Shown one piece after another: positions 21,611-31,334 of a DNA stretch of 64,000 nt. Origin of the DNA: an uncultured Phycisphaerales bacterium. GTDB taxonomy: Bacteria > Planctomycetota > Phycisphaerae > Tepidisphaerales > Tepidisphaeraceae. The position numbers and the translations under genes are program-made. The first letter of the stretch is position 1, and the number at the start of each line of letters is the position of its first letter. The stretch covers positions 4,544,001 through 4,608,000 of the forward strand of contig CAVWLP010000002.1 in assembly GCA_963755915.1 (NCBI GenBank), read 5' to 3'. The notes under the pieces were generated by a model, which saw only the letters and a list, made by a program, of their open reading frames with translations, was not told the DNA's origin and made no database searches.

Positions 21611-21650
21611 GCTGCGCATTCGTAGAAGCGGCGTCTCGCTGCTTGCCCTC

Positions 21651-22165
21651 TTAAAGCGGCGAGGAGTTCACGGGATTCGTCACCCAAGCATTCTCCCAAC
21701 TGAACACGTCTCCCTCCGGAAGGTTCTGAAGACCCAGGTGGCGCATAATCCACAGGCACTGAGCGCGATGGTGCATGCCATGCGTGGCAATATGGACAAG
21801 GGCGGTGCCGACGGATTTCTTGCGCGGCGGATTGTCGAGATAATCAGTGAAAAGGTCGTCATTGCCGCCGGAATTTGAGAAGGATTGGCCAAGAGCGACA
21901 AGCTCGGCAGCAACAACGTCGAGACGGGCGATCAGGCCATTGATGCCGGCATTTATCACCGGCATGCCGGCACGTTGTGGACGGGCAAGGATAAGGTCAC
22001 ACCAGCATTCCATGTTGGCGATAATGTGCTGAAACGTGCGCCGGAGAGTCCGGTGGCCCATATCGAACGGCTGATCGAGCACGAATCGGTAAGGTCAGCA
22101 GCGCGAGTCAGAAGGAGGCGCGTGGTCCAGGCATCGTGCCGGAGGAGCTTTTCGAGGATAGTCAT
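21651..22165 (-). CDS. DinB family protein (frameshift near 22080)
   Basis: HDAWTT, RRTFQHI, HIATHGMHHRAQ. Confidence 0.85.
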
Positions 22166-22299
22166 TGCTGCGCTCAACGAAGTGCAACCAGTTTTGATTC
22201 ACGTGATTTTAAAAGCAAGAGTGTGCCACCCAATTCGATGATTACAGCGTCCCGCCTTTCTTGACTCATCATCGCTTGCCGGTAATTCTCCAAGGCACC

Positions 22300-22823
22300 A
22301 TGCGTGACACTCTGGCGGAACTCCTCTCCCACCAATTTGAAGCGTCGCTTTCTATGCTCAATTTCGCCGTGGCCCGCTGCCCGGAATCGAGCTGGAACCA
22401 GCCCGTCGCCGCATGGAAGTTTTGCCAGGCCGCTTTTCATGCCGTCTTCTTCACGGACCTTTACCTTCAGCCCAGTGACGATGCCGAAGCGTTCAAGCGC
22501 CAGCCGTTTCACGTCGAGCACCAGGCGGATTTTGGCGATTACGAAGAATTGGAAGACCGCGAGCAGATTTTGCTGTACGGGAAGCCGTTTGTGGTGAGCT
22601 ATCTACACAACGTGCGTTGCAAGGCGCAGGAGACGATCGCACGGGAATCGGCCGACGTGCTCGCCGGGCCGTCAGGATTTCACTGGCGCAACTGCTCGCG
22701 CACGAGCTTCACGTCTACAACATCCGCCACATCCAACATCACGCGGCCCAATTGAGTCTCCGCCTGCGGCTCGACGCGGACGTGGACGTTCCCTGGGTGG
22801 GCCACGCATGGATAGAAGCCTGA
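22300..22823 (+). CDS. DinB family protein (frameshift near 22700)
   Basis: FCQAAFHAVFFTDLYL, ELHVYNIRHIQHHAAQL. Confidence 0.85.
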
Positions 22824-23233
22824 AAATCCGAACGCGGCCGACCGCGATGTACCATCCCCTTATCTTTTTTTTGCAGTTCTGCAAACGCCGTTGACCGTCC
22901 AAGAGTTGTATCGAGTCGCAGCAGGATTCAAATTCCGGCACCGCGATCTCACCAAACACTTTGCATGGCAATGGGGCTTTCGTCGGGGGTGTGGCGGGGT
23001 TGGAAATTGCATAGCACCCCATTGCATAAAACTCCCAGGGGAATGCAGAAGTTGAACCGCCGTCCGGTTTTATACCCCGACTCTATTCCGGTCGTTTGAG
23101 ACCAATTGCTTAACCAAATCCTCATCAGGATTGCCTGTCTCCCCGCGAATTTTTTTTTCGCAATCGGGGAATAGCGTTGCGCCATTTCGGGTCTTTGGAG
23201 GGGACGGTTCACTCTTTAAAAGGAGGATCACCC

Positions 23234-24388
23234 ATGACTCGACGGAATTCCTACCGCGTTCTGGCTCTCGTTGCGCCTGTTTGTCTGGCGGCCGGCCAGG
23301 CCTGGGCCCAGTACACGGAGACAAATCTGGTTTCCAACGAGACCGGCGTGGCCCCGGTCGTTGACCCAAACCTGATAGACCCCTGGGGCGTCTCCTTCTC
23401 CGCGACCAGCCCGCTTTGGGTCTCCAACCAGGGTTCGGGAACCGCGACGGTCTACAAAATCACCAACACCTCCAGCTCAGCGACTGAGCTGACCGAGGGC
23501 GTCGCCAACATCGGCAGTGCTTCGCCAAACAACAACAACGGCCCCACCGGCCAGGTGAGCGTAGCCGCGCCGGGCGTCACCACCGCGGCGACAGATTTTG
23601 AGGTCACCGGCAGCAAGTCGGCATTCATTTTCGACAACCTGGACGGCTCAATCTCTGCTTGGCGCGGAGGGCTCACCAGCTCGGCCATCACCGCGACGGT
23701 TGCAGGCGCATCGTTTACCGGCCTGGCGATCGGAGACACCTCGGGCGGCACCGCTGAGATCTTTGCCGCCGACCAGAACAGCGTTAACGTCGATATATTT
23801 AACGGCGCCTGGAACCAGGTCGGCACTTTCACCGATCCCAACCTCCCCGCCGGCTTCACCGCATTCAATGTCCAGAACCTCGGCGGCACCCTCTTCGTCA
23901 CCTATGCAAACCCCAATGACCCGACCGGCGGAATCGTCGACGAATTCAGCACCAACGGCACCATGATCTCCCGTCTGATCACCGACCCGACCGGGGTGCA
24001 TCTCGACACGCCGTGGGGCCTTGCCATTGCCCCCGCGGGCTGGGGACCCTTCGGTGGCGACCTGCTGGTTGGAAATAACGCCGGCGATGGCTCAATCAAC
24101 GCCTACAACCTCGCTGGTGTCCAGCAGGGTCAGATCAATCTCAATACGGGTCTGTTCAGTGAGCAACAGCTATGGGCCCTCACCTTCGGCAACGGCTCCA
24201 GCGCCGGTTCATCGGATATCCTCTATTTCGACGCGGGATACACAGCCGATGCAACCAACGGCCTCGTCGGCGCCATCACCGTTCCCGAGCCCACTAGCGC
24301 GGCCGCCCTTGGCTTACTCGCCATCGGCCAGCTCGTGGCAGGTCGACGGCTGAGGATCTGCCGGAGCGCGGCGAGTTCAAGTTTTTAA
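23234..24388 (+). CDS. TIGR03118-family PEP-CTERM protein
   Basis: SD AAGGAGG; signal peptide; YTETNLVS, DPNLIDPWG, PTGQV, LDTPWGLA, LWALTFG; C-terminal VPEP + TM + RRLR. Confidence 0.88.
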   Translation: MTRRNSYRVLALVAPVCLAAGQAWAQYTETNLVSNETGVAPVVDPNLIDPWGVSFSATSPLWVSNQGSGTATVYKITNTSSSATELTEGVANIGSASPNNNNGPTGQVSVAAPGVTTAATDFEVTGSKSAFIFDNLDGSISAWRGGLTSSAITATVAGASFTGLAIGDTSGGTAEIFAADQNSVNVDIFNGAWNQVGTFTDPNLPAGFTAFNVQNLGGTLFVTYANPNDPTGGIVDEFSTNGTMISRLITDPTGVHLDTPWGLAIAPAGWGPFGGDLLVGNNAGDGSINAYNLAGVQQGQINLNTGLFSEQQLWALTFGNGSSAGSSDILYFDAGYTADATNGLVGAITVPEPTSAAALGLLAIGQLVAGRRLRICRSAASSSF

Positions 24389-24422
24389 AGATTTGAATTT
24401 GGAATACTTCGGTCCGAGCGGT

Positions 24423-26004
24423 CTATTTCTTCGCCGCCGCCACTTCCGTCGTATCCGCCGCTGTTTCAACCGTGCATTGCTCCGGCGGAATGTCGTTCAA
24501 AATCCGCTGAACCTCAATCATGCTGGCAACCGGCTTGCCCGCGATGGCGGTGATCACCATTCCCGCGCGAACCCCCTGCTTCTTCAGCGGGCTGTCGTCC
24601 TGGATGCCAACGACCAGGATTCCATTGCGATGTTTGTCATCCCCCGCGACCGGCGTCCAGTTTGCCGGCACCGGCCCGAGCACCATGCCGCGCCAGTAGA
24701 GCCGCTGGTTTTCGCTGCTGACGACGAACTGCACCGGCCGTTTAACGGGCGTGACGTTGATGGAAAGTTTTTTGCCGCCGCGGGCGATGCCGATCTGCAC
24801 GGCATGTCCGACCGGCGTCGCCCCGACCATCCGGACGAAATGATCGGTATCCGGCACAGCCTGCCCATCGATGCCGATGATCAGGTCTCCGGTCTTGAGC
24901 CCATCCGCCGCCGCGGGCGAGGCGTCTTCGACCGTCTCGACGCAGACGCCGATCTCCTCACGTAACCCGGCTTCTTCCCGCTGCTTCATCGTCGGCGTGG
25001 CAACCGTGACCCCGACATATCCATAAATCACCTCGCGCCCCTGCTCGAGCTGGCCGATTTCATCCAGAAGAGTGCGGGTAACCGGAAGCGCAAAGCCGAT
25101 TCCGTTGGTCTGCTTCTGCGGCAGGATCACAGCCGTGTCGATGCCGATCACGCGCCCGTCGAGATCCAGCAGCGGCCCACCCGAATTCCCCGGATTAATC
25201 TGCGCCGTTGTCTGGATGAGGTTGAAATAGAGCCGGTCTTCCTTGATCGCCAATCGCGGCAGCGACCGATCGGTGGCGCTGACGACGCCGACGCTCATGG
25301 CCATCTGCCCCTCGGTCGCCAGACCGTATGGATTGCCGATGGTGATGGCCCACTGCCCGCGCTGAGGGGGATCGGCAGCAAAGGTCACGGTCGGCAGATT
25401 CGTTGCCGGAATCTTCAGGACCGCGAGGTCGGCCCGCGGGTCAGCGCCGACGATAATCGCGGGGAAAACGCGGTGATCGTCGGTGGTCACCCAGAACTGT
25501 TCGGAGCCTTCGATGACGTGCTCGTTGGTGACAATGAACCCGTCGGCGTCGACGATGAAGCCGGTGCCGATGGTTCGCGTCGTTTTGTCGAGAACCGTCT
25601 GAAGCAGCTGCGGGTTCATCGCCTCGGAGCGAACCGTGTCGTCCGCGGGGCTGGCGACTTCGGCAGCGGAGATCGAAACCACCGCCGGCGCCACGCGACG
25701 CGCCACGCCTTCGAATTGCCCCTGTAGCGCCGAGATGTCCAGAGCATCGACGTCATCGGTCACCACCGGCATGTCAGCGGGATTGCCGGCGATCCGATCG
25801 GCACGGGGTGGTGCATGGGGCGGTGCATCATTAACGGCCGGCCCGCCGGCCCCGGCGGAACTTCCCTGGGCGACGGGCGCAGATTCGCGCCGATGCGCAG
25901 TTTCCGCCGTGGTTCCAGCCATGGCCTCCGAGTCCGGCGACAAGCGAGAGCCCGGCAAAGATCGCTGCTACACCGCGTGCGCGCCCGATGAGAGGTAGAC
26001 CCAT
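24423..26004 (-). CDS. HtrA/DegP-like serine protease with two PDZ domains (frameshift near the N-terminus)
   Basis: VTNEHV, DLAVLKI, INPGNSGGPL; signal-like N-terminus MGLPLIGRARGVAAIFAGLSLVAG starts at 26004 in another frame. Confidence 0.88.
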
Positions 26005-26076
26005 ACGGACGTATTATCGGTCAACGGGCCGCTGGGCTTCGATTTCCCGGCCAAGGCATTTGTTAAGGCCGGCGGC

Positions 26077-27266
26077 TTAAGCCTCCGCCGGGGCCGCGGC
26101 GCCGCTGCGCTGGCTCACGGCGCTGCGGTTTTCGAGGACCGCCTTGCGAATTTCCTCGGCAAGGTCCTTATTATCTACCAGGAATTGCTTGGCATTTTCC
26201 CGGCCCTGGCCGAGGCGGGTGGTCTTGAAATTGAACCATGCCCCGCTCTTTTCCACGACATTCGCTAGAACCGCCAGATCCAGCAAATCTCCTTCGTAGC
26301 TGATGCCGCGGTCGAACATGATGTCGAATTCGGCATCGCGGAACGGCGGCGCGATCTTGTTTTTGACGACCCGGGCGCGGGTGCGGCAGCCGACGGAAAC
26401 TTCCCCCTCCTTGATCGTGCCGGTGCGGCGGACGTCGATTCGCACGCTGGAATAGAACTTCAGCGCCCGGCCGCCGGGGGTGGTTTCGGGATTGCCGAAC
26501 ATGACGCCGATCTTCTCGCGGATCTGGTTGATGAAAATGACGGTGGACCGGCTCTTGGAGATGGCGCCGGTAAGTTTGCGCATCGCCTGGCTCATGAGCC
26601 GGGCCTGGAGGCCGACGTGGGTGTCGCCCATCTCCCCTTCGATTTCCGCGCGAGGGATCAGGGCGGCGACGGAGTCGATGACGATGACATCGACGGCGTT
26701 GGATCGCACCAGCAATTCGCAGATTTCCAGCGCCTGCTCGCCGGTATCGGGCTGCGAAACCAGCAAGTCGTCGAGCTGAACGCCGAGGCGCTTGGCCCAG
26801 GAGGGATCGAGGGCGTGCTCGGCATCGATGAACGCGGCAACGCCGCCGGCCTTCTGGGCGTTGGCGATGATGTGCAGGGTGAGGGTCGTTTTGCCGCTGG
26901 ATTCGGGGCCGAAGACTTCGAGAACGCGGCCGCGCGGCACACCGTTGCCGCCGAGGGCGATGTCGAGGCTCAGCGAGCCGGTGGGGATGCCGTCGACGCT
27001 GGCCTTCTGCTCGTCGAGCTTCATGACGGCGCCCTTGCCGAATTGCTTTTCGATCTGCTGGACGGCGCGGGAAAGCGCCGAATCGCGAGCGGGATCGTGC
27101 GGCGGCGCGGCTTCCTTCGGCGCGGCCTTTTTTGCCTCAGCGCCGGGGATTTGGCCGCTTCTTTGGCGGGCTCTTTCACTTCACGGACAACAGATTCACG
27201 AACGGCAGTTGCGGAGGAAGAGGGATGGTCCTTCTTCGCGTCCGTCTTTTCGAGGGACTTGATCAC
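26077..27266 (-). CDS. recA: Recombinase A with N-terminal extension (frameshift near 27140)
   Basis: [57 protein letters not shown] in frame upstream of 27024; GTG 27266 with SD GGAG. Confidence 0.95.
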
Positions 27267-27417
27267 GGGAGACTCCATTTCCGCCGGGTATCTTGTTCAG
27301 CCGGCGCTATTTAGCGGTGACTTAATGCGGGCGATGGTCATGCCGGACGGCTCTCGTGCCGGACGGCGTCAACCAAGCCCCGCAACTGAACTCGACGGAA
27401 GTCACCATACCGTCCCT

Positions 27418-27442
27418 GTTCAGTGTTTGTTCGGGTATAATA
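27418..27442 (-). promoter_or_regulatory. Putative recA promoter (-10 TATTAT) with GAAC-N7-GAAC operator candidate
   Basis: GTTC agtgttt GTTC at 27418-27432 on plus; ATAATA at 27437-27442. Confidence 0.55.
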
Positions 27443-27511
27443 TCGAGCATCGGCAGGAATGCAATTGGAAAAACAGAAAAAAAATTTGGGGGATATATAT
27501 TTGTAGTTTCG

Positions 27512-28827
27512 ATGACAACCTTGCGTACCGCCAGCCCGTTGCTCGACCGGTCGAGAGGGGACGGCGAGGCGCAATCCGGATAGTGATTTGTTTTCTGGGG
27601 GTGCTGATCGCGCTGGGGGCGATTACGTATCGACATCAGTGGTCGGCACAGCCGGGGTTTGAAGAGGGGAATGCCGCGATTCATTTGCTGCGGGGTGAAG
27701 GGTTTGCCAGCCCGTTTTATCTTGGGCCGGCAAGTGCGCCTCCGTCCGCATATTGCGCGCCGGTTTATCCGCTGATCATCGCGGGCTGTTATTGCGTTGC
27801 GCCAGTGCACGGGGCGATTTTGCTCCTGCTGATCAACTGCGTCTGTATGGGCGTTATCGCAACCAGCCTTTATGAGCTGGGACGATTCTATATTTCGCGT
27901 GCCGCTGGAATCCTGGCGGCGGTGTTGCTCCTGGTTCATCCGGCATTCCTGTTTTACGCGGGAGATTTGTGGGACGCCTTTGTCGCGATGGCGATTTTTA
28001 TGGCGATGGTTTGTTTCGCGGCGTATCTGCCTTCACTCAAAAGACGCGTAGCCCGAGCGGGGACGCTGGGAGTGGGTATGGGGGTGCTGCTGCTGACCAG
28101 TCCCGCGTATGCACTTGCTTGTCCGTTGATCGTGGCAGTTGCGTTACGGCGGGGCAAGATGAAGATGCAAATTTACGGCGCGGCATCAGCGCTGGCGGGA
28201 GCGGCAATCGTGCTGGGGCCGTGGACGGTTCGCAATTGGGAGGTTTTCCATCGCGCGTACTTTGTGAGGGACGAGCTGAATTTTGAGCTGCGCGAGGGGA
28301 ATGTGTGGTTTGCGACGGGCTGGATGGGGTCGGAGCTTCGGAACGAGAATCTGTATTCCAATGCGGAACAGCGCGGAATGGTGCTTTCGCTCGGTGAGCC
28401 GGCTTATTTTGACCTGTGCGGGCAGCAGTTTCGGAGCCAATTTGGGCAAAATCCCGCGGCGTTCTGGATGCGCAGTGTGCGAAGGCTGGTCTATATATTC
28501 ATCAGCGATCCAACCCAGGCGCAGCTCAGGTTTCCGCTCCTGCCGGACGTTCGATGGCGCGGAATCGCCATCGATCGGCTTCTTCTGCACGGTTTTTTTG
28601 TGATTGGGGGGATTTCGGGGGCCTGGCTGGCGTGGCGGCGAAAACTGGCGTGTGCCTGGATATTTTTCGCGGCGTTTCTTGCCGTCGTGCCGTTTGTATT
28701 CTGCACCGTGGATGACCGTTACGTCCTGCCACTGCGAGCGGTGATGATTTTGTTCACGGGAATCCTGATTTGGGAGGTCAGACGGCGATTGAAGACCGGC
28801 GGCTGGCCAGGGAAAGCAGAAGGTTGA
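27512..28827 (+). CDS. GT-C fold (ArnT/GT39-like) membrane glycosyltransferase
   Basis: GFEE loop, PSAYCAPVYP, many TM helices, PWTVRNW, DRYVLPL; start uncertain (ATG 27512 needs a frameshift, in-frame GTG at 27583). Confidence 0.72.
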
Positions 28828-28865
28828 TAAGACGATTGGCGCGTGATTACAAAACAAAATTGGGC

Positions 28866-29015
28866 GTGCGGCCCTGGGGAATCGGAGCCTGTGCTCCGCT
28901 GATCGTGATCTCGGCGGCGATTCAATATCTGGCGTGGCGGAATAAGTGCGCGACGTTTGATGAGACCCCGATCGCGGTGCTGGGGCACGCGATTTATGTT
29001 TATGCCACGCCGTGA
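28866..29015 (+). pseudogene. Probable internally deleted remnant of a GT-C glycosyltransferase gene
   Basis: 49 codons: one TM + KCATFDE joined directly to TPIAVLGHAIYVY. Confidence 0.45.
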
Positions 29016-29560
29016 CCGGGCGGGGGGAAAGTGGCGACGCGGGTGTAATTCGGGCCGTCCTGGTCAAGCCGGCTTTCCATGAGATAGAACTCGTGGATTT
29101 CGGAACTGATGCATAGAAGACTGGCGCTTGTCACGGCCGATCTCGCGCCGGTGGCTGATCGATCTTTCACGCGCCCAATCGTGACGTGGGGCCTCCATCG
29201 CCGGCCTTCCAGCGGAAAGCCCGCGGCGTGACATGCCTGGTCGATTTCAGATTGCAATTCCGCACAAAGTCCCCCCTCGTCCTTCATCGCGGCCGCGATA
29301 ATCCGGATCGGCCCATGCGGCGGAAAGCAAACCAGCCCGGCGGTTTGCAGGGCCAGCGCTTCATCGAAACGCACGCCGCGCAGTTCCTCGATTATTTTCG
29401 GGAGGTGCGGGTCCGGAGTTTCGCCGAGAAATTTGAGCGTAATGTGGAATTGATCGACCGGCGTCCACTTTGCCTTGACCATTTCCGCCAGTTGCTCCTG
29501 AGCGCGCCGCAGAGAATTTCGCACCTCATCGGGAAGCTCGATGGAGACGAAAAGGCGCAT
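29000..29560 (-). CDS. thpR: RNA 2',3'-cyclic phosphodiesterase (2H family)
   Basis: MRLFVSI, HITLKFLG, PHVTIGR. Confidence 0.92.
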   Translation of the reverse strand: MRLFVSIELPDEVRNSLRRAQEQLAEMVKAKWTPVDQFHITLKFLGETPDPHLPKIIEELRGVRFDEALALQTAGLVCFPPHGPIRIIAAAMKDEGGLCAELQSEIDQACHAAGFPLEGRRWRPHVTIGRVKDRSATGARSAVTSASLLCISSEIHEFYLMESRLDQDGPNYTRVATFPPPGHGVA

Positions 29561-29569
29561 GGGGAATAT

Positions 29570-30472
29570 TCAGAACGACATTGCCGACTTGAGGCTTTCC
29601 CAGCGCTGGTCGATCTGCTCGCGGGTGGCGGCGGCGAGTCCGCCAAGTGAGAAATCGGAAATCGTGAAGCTGGCGACAACCGTTCCAAACGCGAGCGCTC
29701 GCTTAATGGTAGCGCCGGACATGGATCCCTGGGTGGCGAGATATCCCATCATTCCACCGGCGAAACTGTCGCCGGCGCCGGTGGGATCGACCACTTTTTC
29801 GGCCGGATAGGCCGGCAAAACGAATGTTTCGCGATCGCTGACCAGCAGGCAGCCATGTTCGCCCTTCTTGATAACGACGAATTTCGGCCCCATCTTCAAA
29901 ACATCGCGCGCCGCGGCGATCAGATTCTTCTGCTCGGTGAGGAGCCGCGCTTCCCCGTCGTTGAGGACCAGGCCGTGGATTTTCGAGAGCAGTTTTCCCA
30001 GGTGCTGCCGCTCGGTCTGAATCCAGAGGTTCATCGTGTCGGCCACCACGAGCTGGGGCGATTTCAGCATCCCCAGCGTTTCCTGCTGCAGCGCCGGATG
30101 CGTATTGGCCAGAAACACGAAGCGGCTGTCGAGAAACTCGGCCGGAATTTTGGGAGCCCGCTCCGCGAGCACGTTGAGATCGACCTCGACGGTTTCGGCG
30201 GCATTGAGGTCTTTCAGATATGATCCGTGCCAGCGGAACGTTTTCGAGCCTTTGCGGATCTCCAGGCCGGAAGTGTCGATGTTCCGCCCGCGGAAAACGT
30301 CGAGGAGCGCTTTTGGGCAATCCTCCCCCACCACGCCGACGAGGCGCACGGGCGTGAAGAACGCGGCGGCGTGGGAGAAGTAGACGGCCGAGCCGCCAAT
30401 GACATCCTGCCGCGAGCCGAAGGGCGTTTCGACGTTATCGATCCCGATGGAGCCGGTGACCAGCAATGACAT
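29570..30472 (-). CDS. PfkB family carbohydrate/nucleoside kinase
   Basis: GGSAVYF, KKGEHG, DPTGAGDSFAGG. Confidence 0.92.
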   Translation of the reverse strand: MSLLVTGSIGIDNVETPFGSRQDVIGGSAVYFSHAAAFFTPVRLVGVVGEDCPKALLDVFRGRNIDTSGLEIRKGSKTFRWHGSYLKDLNAAETVEVDLNVLAERAPKIPAEFLDSRFVFLANTHPALQQETLGMLKSPQLVVADTMNLWIQTERQHLGKLLSKIHGLVLNDGEARLLTEQKNLIAAARDVLKMGPKFVVIKKGEHGCLLVSDRETFVLPAYPAEKVVDPTGAGDSFAGGMMGYLATQGSMSGATIKRALAFGTVVASFTISDFSLGGLAAATREQIDQRWESLKSAMSF

Positions 30473-30540
30473 GAATTCTCCAAAGAATAATACGATCCAA
30501 ATCCAGGCGACAGTCGGTAACATACTTTTAGAAATCGATT

Positions 30541-31141
30541 ATGCCCAGCCCCGCCTATCTCAAGCCCTATCTCGATGCCGTTCAGCGGCATGGCGCCGGA
30601 TTCGAATCGCTCCTCTGGGCCAATCCCGCTTCGCAGGCGGCGCGATTTGCGGCACTGGTGCGTTGGTGCGAGCTGGAGAACCGGGTGATCCTCGATGCAG
30701 GGTGCGGGCGGGCAGATTTTCTCGACTATGTGCTGGCGAAGGGAATCCGACCGGCGCGATATATCGGAATCGAAGCGGTCGAGGACCTGGCGGCGGCCGC
30801 CAGACACAAAGACTTGCCGCGCACCGAAATTGTCTCCGGGGATTTTATCGATGATCCGTCGCTTCTGGACCGCGGCGCCGACGTGGTCATCTTCAGCGGT
30901 TCGCTGAACACCCTTTCGGTGGCGCAGTTCTATCAATCGCTGCAACTCGGCTGGCGGCATACTGCGCAGCGAGCTGGCTTTCAATTTTTTGTGCTCGCCT
31001 CGACTTGCTTACGGAACGCATCTGACGTGGCACGCGCTTTCGGATATTCGCAAGTTTGCCTACGAATTGACGAGCGACGTGGCAATCGACGACAGCTACC
31101 GCGACGGGGATTGCACGATCGTGTTGCGGAAGACCGAATAA
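30541..31141 (+). CDS. Class I SAM-dependent methyltransferase (frameshift near 30965)
   Basis: ILDAGCGRAD, YIGIE, FSGSLN; C-terminus FNFL..DDSYRDGDCTI in another frame. Confidence 0.82.
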
Positions 31142-31147
31142 ACTTTC

Positions 31148-31334
31148 CTAAGTGGGAACGCAAAATGATTGCGGATGTCTTTCCCCTCGCCCGGTACTCC
31201 GGGAGAGGGCAAGCGCAGCGCGGGTGAGGGCCGTTTTCTGCGCGATTCGCTCAAGGCCCTCACCCCAACCCTCTCCCGGATTACCGGGAGAGGGGGTAAA
31301 GAAATGACCGTAATCATTTTGCGTTCCTGCTTAG
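31148..31334. repeat. ~187-bp palindromic REP/REPIN/MITE-like element
   Basis: Outer inverted repeats 31155-31174 and 31308-31327 match 19/20; inner inverted CCCTCTCCCGG-N-CCGGGAGAGGG hairpins and GGGTGAGGGCC/GGCCCTCACCC. Confidence 0.85.

Noticed and set aside
26617..27511. Apparent long N-terminal domain on the GT-C gene (736-aa ORF)
   Set aside because: Antisense to recA and its promoter; not a credible fusion
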